Positions 1 to 9,810 are shown, counted from the stretch's first letter. The stretch: DNA of 40,970 nt from Alphaproteobacteria bacterium (GCA_035516655.1 DATJAC010000251.1:1-40970); one strand, 5' to 3'. Notes: a model not told the origin generated them from the letters alone. Numbers and translations are program-made.

Positions 1-47
1 GGGCGGCTGTCCCTCACCCTTCCCATCGCTTACGCGACGGGCCCCTT

Positions 48-77
48 CCCTCTCCCGCACGCGGGAGAGGGGTTTTG
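48..77 (+). terminator. Putative intrinsic terminator of an upstream + strand gene that lies outside the window
   Basis: Perfect inverted repeat ccctctcccgc (48-58) / gcgggagaggg (61-71), followed by gtttt (72-76). The loop is very short, so the innermost pairs must open. Confidence 0.45.
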
Positions 78-186
78 GAGCTGGCGTCGGGAGGAGAGCG
101 TCGGACTTGCTCATGCAGTGACCATAGGTCGCGGGCACCGCATTGCCAAGGCTTGATGGCGGCCGGGGAATCACCATCTAGGGCGG

Positions 187-1053
187 ATGAACACGTTACG
201 CACCGGGCTCCTGATCGCGGCCCTCACGGCGCTTTTCATGGCCGTCGGCTACCTCGTCGGCGGGGAGAGCGGCATGGTCGTGGCCTTCGTCGCGGCCGCC
301 GCCATGAACCTCTTCGCCTATTGGAACTCCGACCGCATGGTGCTCGGCCTCTATGGCGCGCGCGAGGTCGACCGGGCGGCGGCACCCGGGCTCTACGGCA
401 TCGTCGAGCAGCTCGCCGACCGCGCCGAGATCCCCATGCCGCGGGTCTACGTCATCGAGCAGGCCCAGCCCAACGCCTTTGCCACCGGGCGCGATCCGGC
501 CCATGCCGCGGTCTGCGTCACCACGGGCCTCCTCGCCATCGTGAGCCACGAGGAGCTCGCGGGCGTGCTCGGGCACGAGCTCGGCCATATCAAGCATCGC
601 GATACCCTCACCATGACGATCACCGCGACGATCGCGGGCGCGGTCGGCATGCTCGCCAACTTCGCCTTCTTCCTGGGCGCCTTCGGCGGACGCGACGAGC
701 GCAACAATCCCCTCGGCGGCCTGGGCACCTTGCTGGTGGCGTTCCTCGCACCCGTGGCCGCGACGCTCGTGCAGCTCGCCGTCAGCCGCAGCCGCGAGTA
801 CGAGGCCGACCGGGCCGGGGCCGCCCTTTCCGGCCATCCGCTCTGGCTCGCCTCCGCCCTCGCGAAGATCGAGGCGCGCGCGCAAACGACACCCAACCCC
901 GTCGCCGCCGCCCATCCGGCGACGGCACACCTCTTCATCGTCAACCCGCTCGCGGGTGCGAGCCTGAACACTCTCTTCGCCAGCCATCCGGCGACCGCGA
1001 GCCGCATCCGGCGCCTGCGCGAGATGGCGGGGGCCACCGGCCCCTGGGGCTGA
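187..1053 (+). CDS. htpX: Zinc metalloprotease HtpX (M48 family)
   Basis: 288-aa ORF with a hydrophobic N-terminus ([19 protein letters not shown]) and an HELGH zinc motif in [11 protein letters not shown]. The C-terminal NPLAG..LFASHP and the length fit HtpX. Confidence 0.9.
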   Translation: MNTLRTGLLIAALTALFMAVGYLVGGESGMVVAFVAAAAMNLFAYWNSDRMVLGLYGAREVDRAAAPGLYGIVEQLADRAEIPMPRVYVIEQAQPNAFATGRDPAHAAVCVTTGLLAIVSHEELAGVLGHELGHIKHRDTLTMTITATIAGAVGMLANFAFFLGAFGGRDERNNPLGGLGTLLVAFLAPVAATLVQLAVSRSREYEADRAGAALSGHPLWLASALAKIEARAQTTPNPVAAAHPATAHLFIVNPLAGASLNTLFASHPATASRIRRLREMAGATGPWG

Positions 1054-1135
1054 GCGGCGCCAAAGTTCCGCAAATTCTCACGCCCGCGACGACGGCCGCT
1101 CGGCTAAGCTCCCGGCTCGGCTCGAGGATGACAGC

Positions 1136-2524
1136 ATGCGCAAGCGCCGCACCCCCGTTCCGCCTCTCGCGGAAGCAAAATCTGACGCTGTGCCCGTGGC
1201 ACCCGCGGCGCTCGCAGCACCCGCCGTGCTCGCAGCACCCGCGGTGCTCGCAGCACGCGCGGTGGCGCTCGAGCTCCTGGGCGAGGTGCTCGACAAGCGG
1301 CGCGCCTTCGCCGAGCTGCTCGAGGGTGATCGCCGCTTCGCGGCCCTCGAGCCGCGCGACCGGGCCTTCGCTCATCTCATGGTGGCGACCACGCTGCGCC
1401 GCCTCGGCCAGATCGACGCGCTCATCGCCCATTGCCTGGCCCGCCCGCTCCCGGCCAAGGCGGCGACCGCGCGCCATCTCCTGCGCCTGGGGGCCGCCCA
1501 GCTCCTCTTCCTCAAGGTCCCGCCCCATGCCGCGGTAGGCGAGACGGTCGAGCTCGCCGAAAGGGTCCAGTGGGGCGGCTTCAAGGGCCTCATCAATGCG
1601 GTGCTGCGCCGCTTGGGCGAGGAGGGCGAGGCCCTCATCGCCGCTCAGGATGCAGCACGGCTCACGACCCCCGAGTGGCTCTGGCAAAGCTGGACGCGCG
1701 CGTATGGCGAGACAGCGACGCGCGCCATCGCCGAAGCCTATCTCGAGGAGCCCCCGCTCGATCTCACGGTCAAGGGCAACCCGCAAGGCTGGGCTGCCGA
1801 GCTCGAGGCGGAGATCCTGCCGACCGGGTCCTTGCGCCGGCGCGCGGGGGGCGAGGTGCGCGCGCTCTCGGGTTATGCCGAGGGCGGGTGGTGGGTGCAG
1901 GACGCGGCGGCGGCCCTACCGGCCCGCCTCTTGGGCGAGGTCGCGGGCAAGCGCGTCATCGACCTTTGTGCCGCCCCCGGCGGCAAGACGGCCCAGCTTG
2001 TCCTGGCAGGGGCCGCGGTCACGGCCCTCGACCGCTCCGCCCATCGTCTGCGGCGGCTCAAGGAGAATCTGGCGCGACTCCGTCTCTCGGCCGAGCTCGT
2101 CGCCGCCGACATCGAGCTGTGGCGGCCCGCCGAAGCGGCGGACGCCGTCCTCCTCGATGCCCCCTGCACCGCGACGGGTGCCATGCGCCGCCATCCCGAC
2201 GTGCGCCATTTGAAAACTTCCGCCGACGTGACGCGCATGGCGGGCGAGCAGGATCGCCTGCTCAAGGCGGCCCTCGCCATGGTCCGTTCGGGCGGGCTCC
2301 TGGTCTATGCCGTGTGCTCGCTCGAGGTCGAAGAGGGGCCGGCGCGCATCGCGGCCCTCCTCGCCGCGGGTGCGCCCGTGAAGCGGCGACCGATAGCTGC
2401 GAGCGAGCTCAACGGGCTCGCGGAGCTGATCAATGCCGAGGGCGATCTGCGCACGCTCCCCTGCCACCTCGCCGAGCGCGGCGGGCTCGACGGCTTCTAC
2501 GCCTGCCGCCTCGAGCGGCTTTAG
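1136..2524 (+). CDS. rsmB: 16S rRNA (cytosine967-C5)-methyltransferase RsmB/Sun
   Basis: 462-aa ORF with a NusB-like N-terminal region. SAM motif IDLCAAPGGKT and catalytic motifs DAPCTATG and YAVCS are present. The exact start is uncertain because an Ala-rich repeat sits at the 5' end. Confidence 0.85.
   Translation: MRKRRTPVPPLAEAKSDAVPVAPAALAAPAVLAAPAVLAARAVALELLGEVLDKRRAFAELLEGDRRFAALEPRDRAFAHLMVATTLRRLGQIDALIAHCLARPLPAKAATARHLLRLGAAQLLFLKVPPHAAVGETVELAERVQWGGFKGLINAVLRRLGEEGEALIAAQDAARLTTPEWLWQSWTRAYGETATRAIAEAYLEEPPLDLTVKGNPQGWAAELEAEILPTGSLRRRAGGEVRALSGYAEGGWWVQDAAAALPARLLGEVAGKRVIDLCAAPGGKTAQLVLAGAAVTALDRSAHRLRRLKENLARLRLSAELVAADIELWRPAEAADAVLLDAPCTATGAMRRHPDVRHLKTSADVTRMAGEQDRLLKAALAMVRSGGLLVYAVCSLEVEEGPARIAALLAAGAPVKRRPIAASELNGLAELINAEGDLRTLPCHLAERGGLDGFYACRLERL
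1199..1252. repeat. In-frame 18-bp tandem repeat x3 (plus a degenerate 4th unit) inside the 5' end of rsmB
   Basis: Units gcacccgcggcgctcgca, gcacccgccgtgctcgca and gcacccgcggtgctcgca lie at 1199-1216, 1217-1234 and 1235-1252. They encode APAALA/APAVLA hexapeptides. Confidence 0.85.
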
Positions 2525-2557
2525 GGCGTTCTCGTCTCAGATCGAATCAACCCGCTC

Positions 2558-2620
2558 ATCGTCACCCTCGGGCTTGACCCGAGGGTCCATTGATTGCCGG
2601 GTCAAGCCCGGCAATGACGA
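2558..2620. repeat. Compact double-hairpin palindromic intergenic repeat (same family as 13567-13745 and 17274-17451)
   Basis: Sequence is tcgtcaccctcggg-cttga-cccgagggtccat followed by attgccggg-tcaa-gcccggcaatgacga. The outer ends tcgtca...tgacga are themselves inverted. It lies between the rsmB stop and the rpe start. Confidence 0.75.
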
Positions 2621-2700
2621 GAAGAGGCGCGCTTCCATACGAGCCGATCCGTAGACTCCGGTGCTTGCGGGCGAATCCCCAAGCTGATAGGAAGCACTCC

Positions 2701-3366
2701 ATGTCCCGTGCCGTCCGCATAGCGCCATCCATCCTCTCGGCCGATTTCGCGAAGCTGGGCGAGGAAGTGCGGGCGGTCAGCGAGGCGGGGGCCGATTACA
2801 TCCATATCGACGTGATGGACGGCCACTTCGTGCCCAACCTCACCATCGGGCCCGCGGTCGTCAAGGCGTTGCGTCCGCATTCTACCTTGCCCTTCGACGT
2901 GCATCTGATGATCGCACCGGTCGATCCGTTCATTCCTCAGTTCGCCGAGGCGGGGGCCGACATCATCACGGTGCATCCGGAGTCGGGGCCCCACCTCCAC
3001 CGCACCGTCCAGCTCATCAAATCGCTCGGCAAGCGGGCGGGGGTGGCGCTCAATCCGGCGACCCCGGCCGACGCGGTCGATTACGTCCTCGCCGAGCTCG
3101 ACCTCGTGCTCGTCATGAGCGTCAATCCGGGCTTCGGCGGCCAGAGCTTCATCGCGACCCAGCTCGACAAGCTCAGCGCGCTCCGCGCGCGGATCGACAG
3201 GCTCGGCAAACCGATCGACCTCGAAGTCGACGGCGGCATCAATTTCGAGACCTCGCGCGCCGCGGTCAAGGCGGGGGCGGACGTCCTGGTCGCGGGTACG
3301 GCCACCTTCGGCGGCGGCCCCGCCTCTTACCGCGGCAATATCGCGCGCCTCCGCGGAGGGGACTGA
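2701..3366 (+). CDS. rpe: Ribulose-phosphate 3-epimerase
   Basis: [23 protein letters not shown]...[14 protein letters not shown]...[13 protein letters not shown]...EVDGGI are classic Rpe motifs. I chose the ATG at 2701 because the upstream extension of the 2590 ORF runs through the palindromic repeat. Confidence 0.92.
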   Translation: MSRAVRIAPSILSADFAKLGEEVRAVSEAGADYIHIDVMDGHFVPNLTIGPAVVKALRPHSTLPFDVHLMIAPVDPFIPQFAEAGADIITVHPESGPHLHRTVQLIKSLGKRAGVALNPATPADAVDYVLAELDLVLVMSVNPGFGGQSFIATQLDKLSALRARIDRLGKPIDLEVDGGINFETSRAAVKAGADVLVAGTATFGGGPASYRGNIARLRGGD

Positions 3367-3403
3367 GGGTGCGGCCGCGAGCGGCCGGCGACGGCGTGCG
3401 CCG

Positions 3404-5215
3404 ATGAGCGCTGCTGCGGCCTTCACCGGATCCCCGCTCAGCCGGCTCCGCCGCCGCGCGGGCGAGCGGCTGGCCGGGCTTTTCTTCGCGAGTGCCCCCT
3501 ATCGCTTGCTGCTCCTCGGCCCGACACCGGCGCGTCCGAGTGCGGCAGTCGAGGGACCAGCGGGCGATGCGGCCAAGGGACGTGCGATCCTTGCCGGCGA
3601 GTGGCAGCTCGCGGGCGAGCGGCTCGCCGTCGGGAATCCCTTCCGCCCCGAGCCGCCGGCGACGGCGGCACCGGCCGCGCCGGACGCACCGGCAGCGCAG
3701 GGCGACGCTTCTCCCGACGGCGCGGCACCGCTCGTACCGGCGGCATCGGCCGTTGCGGCCGCGCCGCCGAATGCGAGCGAGCCGGTGCTGGTCGAGCTCC
3801 ATGGCTTTCGCTGGCTCGCCGACCTCGCGGCGCTCGGCAGCGACGCGGCACGCGCGGAAGCGCGCACGCTCGTCGAGAGCTGGATCGAGGGCTATGGCGA
3901 ATGGTCCCCGCTCGCCTGGCGCGCCGACGTGCTCGGCAACCGTCTCGTCAGCTGGCTCGCTGACTATCCCTTCCTCGCGGACGGGGCCTCGGACGGCTTC
4001 CGCCGCTACCTCATGCGCAGCATGGCGCGCCAGCTGCGCCATCTCGGCCGGCTGGCGCGGCTCGGCGGCGACCGGCTCGGGCCCGCGGGTCACGGCCGGC
4101 TCGAGGCCCTCATCGCACTCGTCGCTGCGGCATGTGCCTTGCCGGGCAAGCCCGAGCGCCTGACGCGGCCGATCGCCCTTTTTGTGGCGGAGCTCGACCG
4201 TCAAGTGCTGCCCGACGGAGGCCACTATCAGCGCAGTCCCGCCCTTCACAGCACCATGCTGGAGGCCCTGGTCCGCCTGCGCGCCACGCTTCTTGCCGCG
4301 CGCCTTGCCGTACCCCCCGGCCTGCAGGCGGCGATCGACCGCATGGCGCCGATGCTGCGCTTCTTCCGGCACGGCGACGGCCGCCTCGCCCTTTTCAACC
4401 ACACGCAGGAGGGCACGGCGGCAACGATCGACGAGCTCCTCAAGCGGGCCGACGCGCCGGGGAAGCCCCCGCTCTCCGCCCCTCACACCGGTTTCCAGCG
4501 CATCGAAAGCGGCGGCTCGCTCGTGCTCATGGATACCGGCCCGCCCCCGCCGCCCGAGAGCGAGGCCTATGCCCATGCCGGCACGCTCAGCTTCGAATTC
4601 TCCTGCGGCAAGGAGCGCATCATCGTGAACTGCGGAGCGCGGCCCTATGCCACGGGCGACTGGCTCACCGCCCAGCGCGCGACGGCGGCCCATTCCACGC
4701 TCGTGCTGGCGGACACCAACTCCTCGGATTTTCTCAGTCAGCGCGGAGAGCAGACCGGCCGCATCGGCCGGCGCCCGCGCCACGTGCTGGCGCGGCGCGA
4801 GGAGGCGGACGGGGCCGTCCTGGTCGACGCCAGCCACGACGGCTACGAGCCGCCCTTCGGCGTGCTGCATCGCCGCCGCCTCTATCTCGCGGCCGAGGGC
4901 GACGACTTGCGCGGCGAAGACCGCCTCGCGCGCATCCGTGCCGCCGAGGCCCCGCTCGCCTTCGCCATCCGCTTCCATCTCCATCCCGACGTGCAGGCCT
5001 CCCTCGTGCACGACGGCAAGGCGGCCCTCTTGCGCACGGCGACACGCACCGGCTTCCGCCTCGACGTCGCCGGCGGACGCCTCGCGATCGCGGAGAGCAT
5101 CTACTTAGGCGGTGCCGGCGGGGTGCGTCGCAGCGAGCAGGTCGTGATCGAGAGCACGCTCGCGGGCGTGGAAGCCGTGGTCAAATGGTCGTTGAAGCGC
5201 GTGCGCGGGGGATAG
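3404..5215 (+). CDS. Heparinase II/III-like family protein
   Basis: 603-aa ORF. The N-terminal YRLLLLG...GRAILAGEWQLAG, the central HGDGRLALFNH and the C-terminal AHSTL...SHDGY resemble the heparinase II/III-like proteins that commonly follow rpe in alphaproteobacteria. Recognised from memory, not searched. Confidence 0.6.
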   Translation: MSAAAAFTGSPLSRLRRRAGERLAGLFFASAPYRLLLLGPTPARPSAAVEGPAGDAAKGRAILAGEWQLAGERLAVGNPFRPEPPATAAPAAPDAPAAQGDASPDGAAPLVPAASAVAAAPPNASEPVLVELHGFRWLADLAALGSDAARAEARTLVESWIEGYGEWSPLAWRADVLGNRLVSWLADYPFLADGASDGFRRYLMRSMARQLRHLGRLARLGGDRLGPAGHGRLEALIALVAAACALPGKPERLTRPIALFVAELDRQVLPDGGHYQRSPALHSTMLEALVRLRATLLAARLAVPPGLQAAIDRMAPMLRFFRHGDGRLALFNHTQEGTAATIDELLKRADAPGKPPLSAPHTGFQRIESGGSLVLMDTGPPPPPESEAYAHAGTLSFEFSCGKERIIVNCGARPYATGDWLTAQRATAAHSTLVLADTNSSDFLSQRGEQTGRIGRRPRHVLARREEADGAVLVDASHDGYEPPFGVLHRRRLYLAAEGDDLRGEDRLARIRAAEAPLAFAIRFHLHPDVQASLVHDGKAALLRTATRTGFRLDVAGGRLAIAESIYLGGAGGVRRSEQVVIESTLAGVEAVVKWSLKRVRGG

Positions 5216-5242
5216 CGTCATGGTTGCGAAATTCCTAAGCGC

Positions 5243-5331
5243 TCGTCATTGCGAGGCGCCCGAGAGGGCGCCGAAGCAATCCGGGCGCACTGCCCCGGCG
5301 TACGCCGGGGTTCGCTGCGCTCGCAATGACG
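5243..5331. repeat. Palindromic intergenic repeat with nested hairpins
   Basis: Outer inverted repeat is tcgtcattgcgag (5243-5255) / ctcgcaatgacg (5320-5331). Inner hairpins are ggcgcc-cgagag-ggcgcc and ccccggcg-ta-cgccgggg. Confidence 0.7.
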
Positions 5332-5405
5332 GTCAAAGGATTGAACGAATATCCCGATCAGAACACTAGCCACCGCCGTAACGACGGCAAGCGAGGAAAG
5401 TCGCG

Positions 5406-6686
5406 ATGAAGACCCGCATCCGATTGAAAAGAGCCGCCGCAGCCCCCTTCATCCCCGCCCCGCGCGCGGTGCGCGCCGGGGACTACATCTTCACCTCCTC
5501 CATCTATCCCGTCGATCGGGACGGCCACGCGATCGCAGCCGACGAGCGGCTCGGCGAGGCGGGGCCCTCCGCCATCACCTTGCAGACCCGCCACTGCCTC
5601 GAGGGCCTGAAGAGCATCCTCGAGGAGCTCGGGAGCTCGCTCGACCGTGTGCTCAAGGCCGATGTCCACCTCGCCGATGCGGCGGATTTCTACGAGTTCA
5701 AGCTCGTCTGGCGTGAGTATTTCCCCAAGGATCCCCCGGCGCGCACGACGGTCGAGGCCGGCGACACCTTCCCCTTCCGCGGCACCCTGCTCAACCTCGA
5801 CGCCGTGGCGCTGGCGGGCGATTCCAAGCTCAAGCGCCAGGTCCTCGCCGATCCCGAGGGGCCCGATCCGCTCGCGGCCGAAGGGGCCTCGGCGGCGGTG
5901 CGCGCGGGCAACCTCGTGTTCTGCTCGGGCTTCACCGCGAGCGATTTCACGAGCGGCTTGGCCGTCGGCAAGCGGCCCGGATTTCCCAACTACGGGAGCG
6001 AGCCCGAGATGCAGGCCGAGGTCATCTTCGCCCGGCTCAACCGGGTGCTCGCCCAAGCCGGCACCTCGCTCAAGGAGGCCGTCGAATCGCAGCTCTACGA
6101 GCCCGACCTCCGCACCTTCTACGACGTCGACACCGTGTGGGCGCGCTATATGCCCACACCACCCGCGCGCAGCTCGATGGGGATGAAGGGCCTCATCACG
6201 CCCGGGGCCCATTGCATCGCCAACCTGACGGTGCTCGTCCCCGATCGCGACCACATCAAGAAGGAGTCCCATGCCGGCATCCAATGGCACCCGGTCAAGG
6301 TGCGCAAGGTCAACTTCTCGCCGACCATCAAGGCGGGGCCGTGGCGCTTCTTCGCCGGACAGGTGCCCACGCCCGATTTCATGACGGTGCACACGGCTCC
6401 ACCTGGCCTGCCCCACCACTTCTCGGACATCGAGGTGCAGACCCGCTTCGTCCTCGAGCTCCTGACCAGGCAGCTCGAGGCGAACGACACGGACTGGAGC
6501 CATTGCCATCACGCCCGCGTCTACCTCATCGAGCCGCGCCGCGATTACCGCGGCTTCATTCGCGTGTGGCAGGAGAAGTTCCCGGACCCGGCCAAGGCCC
6601 CGGCCCTCGCCTTCGTGCCGAGTACGGCCATCATGTTCGCCGGTCCCCTCATCGAGATCGACCCGACCTGCGTGGCGCGGACGTAA
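5406..6686 (+). CDS. Three tandem RidA/YjgF/TdcF-fold domains in one polypeptide
   Basis: 426-aa ORF with an aggaaag RBS upstream. It contains three ~130-aa segments. Each has a beta-strand start (AGDYIFTSS / AGNLVFCSG / AGPWRFFAGQ), a long helix (TRHCLEGLKSILEELG / AEVIFARLNRVLAQAG / TRFVLELLTRQLEAN), a conditional-expression segment (ADVHLADAADF / SQLYEPDLRTF / ARVYLIEPRRDY) and a PAR/PA..ALAF segment. Confidence 0.7.
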   Translation: MKTRIRLKRAAAAPFIPAPRAVRAGDYIFTSSIYPVDRDGHAIAADERLGEAGPSAITLQTRHCLEGLKSILEELGSSLDRVLKADVHLADAADFYEFKLVWREYFPKDPPARTTVEAGDTFPFRGTLLNLDAVALAGDSKLKRQVLADPEGPDPLAAEGASAAVRAGNLVFCSGFTASDFTSGLAVGKRPGFPNYGSEPEMQAEVIFARLNRVLAQAGTSLKEAVESQLYEPDLRTFYDVDTVWARYMPTPPARSSMGMKGLITPGAHCIANLTVLVPDRDHIKKESHAGIQWHPVKVRKVNFSPTIKAGPWRFFAGQVPTPDFMTVHTAPPGLPHHFSDIEVQTRFVLELLTRQLEANDTDWSHCHHARVYLIEPRRDYRGFIRVWQEKFPDPAKAPALAFVPSTAIMFAGPLIEIDPTCVART

Positions 6687-6802
6687 GGGCGGCCGCTGCT
6701 GCGACCGCCGCGAAGCGAGGGGAGTTGACGGCGCCGAGTCCGTCTCGGAGAGTAGCGGCACCCGGCCAGCGGCGGGCCACAGCGGAAGGGCAATCCTAGG
6801 CC

Positions 6803-8689
6803 ATGTGCGGCATCGTCGGCAGAGTAGCGCTTCAAGGCATCGACCGCGTGGCCCTCGCACCGCGGCTCGAGGCGGCGATCGAGCGCCTGCGTCCGCGCGG
6901 ACCCGATTCGCAAGGCCGGCTCTTCGACGAGCAGAGTGCTTTCGGCTCGACCCGCCTCGCCATCGTCGATCTCTCGCCCGCGGGCGCCCAGCCCATGACG
7001 CGGGCCGGACTCGTCATCACCTATAACGGCGAGATCTTCAATTTCCCCAGCTTGCGCGAGGAACTCCAGGCCCTCGGGCATCAGTTCGTCGGCCACTCGG
7101 ACACCGAGGTGCTGCTCGAGGGCTGGCGCGAGTGGGGCGAGCGGCTGCTGCCCAGGCTACAAGGCATGTTCGCCTTTGCACTCTGGGACCAGCGCACCGC
7201 CGAGCTCGTCCTCGCGCGCGACCGCTTCGGCAAGAAGCCGCTCCTCTACCGCCACGCGGGTCAGACGCTCGACTTCGCGTCCGACCTCGTGGCGTTGCAA
7301 TGCCTCTCCGCGAGTGCGGGTACGCTCGACCGGACAGCACTCCGACTCTATTTCGCGCTCCGTTATCTGCCGGAGCCCTGGTCGATCCTCGAGGGCGTCG
7401 CCAAGCTGCCGGCCGGGCACTTGGCACGCTTCTCCAAAACCGGACTCAAGATCGAGCGTTGGTACGACCTGCCCTCCGCACGCCCGCCGCGTTTCGCGAG
7501 CGAGGAAGAAGCGGCGGCGGTTCTGCGCGAGCGGCTCGACGCGGCGGTGAAGGCGCGCCTCATCGCCGACGTGCCGATCGGCGCCTTCCTCTCGGGCGGA
7601 ATCGATTCGGCGATCGTGGTGAGCCTGATGGCGCGACATGCGGAGCGCGTGCGCACCTTCACCGTCGGCTTCGCCGATGCCGCCGACTATTACGAGGAGC
7701 GTCCGGCGGCACGCCGGGTGGCCGAGCATCTCGGCACCGAGCACACGGAAATCGCCGTTACCCCCGCCGAGGCGCTCGCGGCACTCGATGCGGTGTGGGA
7801 CGGGCTCGACGAGCCCTTCGCCGACAGCTCGGCATTGCCCGAATATCTCGTGGCACAGGCGACGCGGCGCCACGTGACCGTGGCCCTCTCAGGCGACGGC
7901 TCGGACGAGCTCTTCGGCGGCTATCGCAAGTACCAGGGCGAGCTTCTGGCATTGCGCTGCCGTTGGCTGCCGGGCTGGCTCAAGCATGCGGCCCTGGCAC
8001 CACTTGAGCTCTTGCCCGAGGACAAGAGCCGCCCGCTCCTCGAGGGGGCGCGCCGGCTGCGCCGCTTCGCCGCCCACGGCTGGAAGGACGCAGCTGCTCG
8101 CCAGGCAGGCTGGGCGCGCAATCTCGAGGAGGTAGCGCTCGACGATCTCTTCGCCGAGCCCGCGGCGGCGCCCCAGGTGGAGACGCTGGTCGAGGAGCTG
8201 CGCAACGCGACGGGCGACGCCGATCCCATCAATGCCATGCTCGGCGCCGATCTCGGCCTCGGCCTCGTCGGCGACATGCTGGTCAAGGTCGACCGCATGA
8301 GCATGGCCGCGAGCCTCGAGGTGCGCTGCCCCTTCCTCGACCATCACGTGGTCGAATGCGCTGCCGCCATGCCCGGCCGCTTCAAGCTCGCCCCCGGTGC
8401 GGGCAAACGCATCCTGCGCCGAAGCTTCGCGGACCTCCTGCCGGCCGAGGTCTGGGCCCGGCCCAAGAAGGGCTTCGAGGTCCCCATCGCAGAGTGGCTC
8501 AAGGGCGAGCTCCGCGAGCTCGTGGAGTGCTCGACCGATCCGGGGCGGCTCGCGCGCCAGGGCCTCTTCCGGCCCGAGCTGCCGCAGCGCTGGAAGCAGG
8601 CCCTCGCCGGCGGCCGGCGCGACACGTCGGGCGAGCTCTGGACGCTCGTCGCCTTCCAGGCCTGGTGGGACAGGCGCATGGCCGCATGA
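6803..8689 (+). CDS. Asparagine synthase (glutamine-hydrolysing) family amidotransferase, AsnB-like
   Basis: MCGIVG Ntn start. The synthetase PP-loop AFLSGGIDSA is present, and the 628-aa length fits. Confidence 0.85.
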   Translation: MCGIVGRVALQGIDRVALAPRLEAAIERLRPRGPDSQGRLFDEQSAFGSTRLAIVDLSPAGAQPMTRAGLVITYNGEIFNFPSLREELQALGHQFVGHSDTEVLLEGWREWGERLLPRLQGMFAFALWDQRTAELVLARDRFGKKPLLYRHAGQTLDFASDLVALQCLSASAGTLDRTALRLYFALRYLPEPWSILEGVAKLPAGHLARFSKTGLKIERWYDLPSARPPRFASEEEAAAVLRERLDAAVKARLIADVPIGAFLSGGIDSAIVVSLMARHAERVRTFTVGFADAADYYEERPAARRVAEHLGTEHTEIAVTPAEALAALDAVWDGLDEPFADSSALPEYLVAQATRRHVTVALSGDGSDELFGGYRKYQGELLALRCRWLPGWLKHAALAPLELLPEDKSRPLLEGARRLRRFAAHGWKDAAARQAGWARNLEEVALDDLFAEPAAAPQVETLVEELRNATGDADPINAMLGADLGLGLVGDMLVKVDRMSMAASLEVRCPFLDHHVVECAAAMPGRFKLAPGAGKRILRRSFADLLPAEVWARPKKGFEVPIAEWLKGELRELVECSTDPGRLARQGLFRPELPQRWKQALAGGRRDTSGELWTLVAFQAWWDRRMAA

Positions 8690-9810
8690 AGATCTGCCAG
8701 CTCTGTGCCGTCGACTTCACGCTCTATCATTTCCTCACCCCCCTCATGCTGCGGCTCGAGGAGGCCGGCCACGACGTCATCGGCGTCTGCGGCGAGGGGC
8801 CCTATCTCGCGAAGGTGCGCGCCCTCGGCTTGAAGGTGGAGCCGATCGGGACCGCGCGCAGCTTCGACGTGCGGCGGCATCTCGCGACCTATCGCCGCCT
8901 TCTCGCCCTCTTCCGGCGCGAGCAGTTCGACATCGTCCATGTCCACACTCCGGTCGCCGCCCTGATCGGGCGCTTCGCCGCCTGGCAGGCGCGCGTGCCG
9001 CGCATCGTCTATACGGCGCACGGCTTCTATTTCCATGAGGGCATGCCGACCTGGAAGCGCATGATCTTCCTTCTCCTCGAGTGGCTCGCCGGGCGCGTGA
9101 CCGACGTGCTTTTCACCCAGGCAGAGGAGGATGCCGCCACGGCGCGGCGCTGGCATCTCTGTGCGGGCGGGGTGATCGCCGCGATCGGGAACGGCGTCGA
9201 CCCCAAGCGCTTCCATCCGGCGAGCGATCGGGCGGAGCGTGGCGCCACCCGCGCGGCCCTCGGTGCCGCCGAAGATGCGGTCGTCATCCTCATGATCGGC
9301 CGTCTCGTGGCCGAGAAGGGCTATCTCGAGCTCCTCGAGGCCATGCGCGCGGTCGAGGCCGTGCTCTGGATCCTGGGCGAGCGCCTGCCGAGCGACCATG
9401 CCTCGGCGATCGACCAGGCCGTGGCAGCGATCGCGCGCGATCCCCGCCTGGCCCGGCGCATCCGCTTCCTCGGCTACCGGGACGACGTGGCGCAGCTCCT
9501 GCGCGCGGCCGACATCTTCGTGCTGCCGTCCCACCGCGAGGGCATGCCGCGTTCGATCATCGAAGCCATGCTGAGCGGCCTTCCCGTGGTCGCGACGAAT
9601 ATCCGCGGCGCGCGCGAGGAGGTGGTCGCGGACGAGACCGGGGCCTTGGTGCCCGTGCGCGATCCGCCGGCCTTGGCCGCCGCCTTGGCCCGGCTCGCGG
9701 CCGATCCCGCCTTGCGCAGGCGCCAGGGGGCGGCCGGCCGCGCGCGCGCACTCGAGCTCTACGACGAGGCCAAGGTGATTGCGCGCCAGCTCACCCTGCT
9801 TGGGCTCTAG
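8686..9810 (+). CDS. Glycosyltransferase family 4 (GT-B fold)
   Basis: MKICQLCAVDF start. The ATG at 8686 overlaps the asnB-like TGA (ATGA). The C-terminal PSHREGMPRSIIEAMLSGLPVVATNIRGAREEV contains the E-x7-E motif. Confidence 0.85.
   Translation: MKICQLCAVDFTLYHFLTPLMLRLEEAGHDVIGVCGEGPYLAKVRALGLKVEPIGTARSFDVRRHLATYRRLLALFRREQFDIVHVHTPVAALIGRFAAWQARVPRIVYTAHGFYFHEGMPTWKRMIFLLLEWLAGRVTDVLFTQAEEDAATARRWHLCAGGVIAAIGNGVDPKRFHPASDRAERGATRAALGAAEDAVVILMIGRLVAEKGYLELLEAMRAVEAVLWILGERLPSDHASAIDQAVAAIARDPRLARRIRFLGYRDDVAQLLRAADIFVLPSHREGMPRSIIEAMLSGLPVVATNIRGAREEVVADETGALVPVRDPPALAAALARLAADPALRRRQGAAGRARALELYDEAKVIARQLTLLGL

Noticed and set aside
3266-5011. Long antisense and alternative-frame ORFs throughout the window, for example 3266-5011(-), 8344-10146(-), 10750-12915(-), 19810-21216(+), 21717-23768(+), 30497-32401(-), 30835-34098(+), 37104-39032(+) and 38858-40714(+).
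   Set aside because: Their translations are Arg/Gly/Ala/Pro-rich low-complexity strings with no recognisable motifs. Each lies opposite or out of frame to an ORF with clear family motifs. Long stop-free frames are expected at this GC content.
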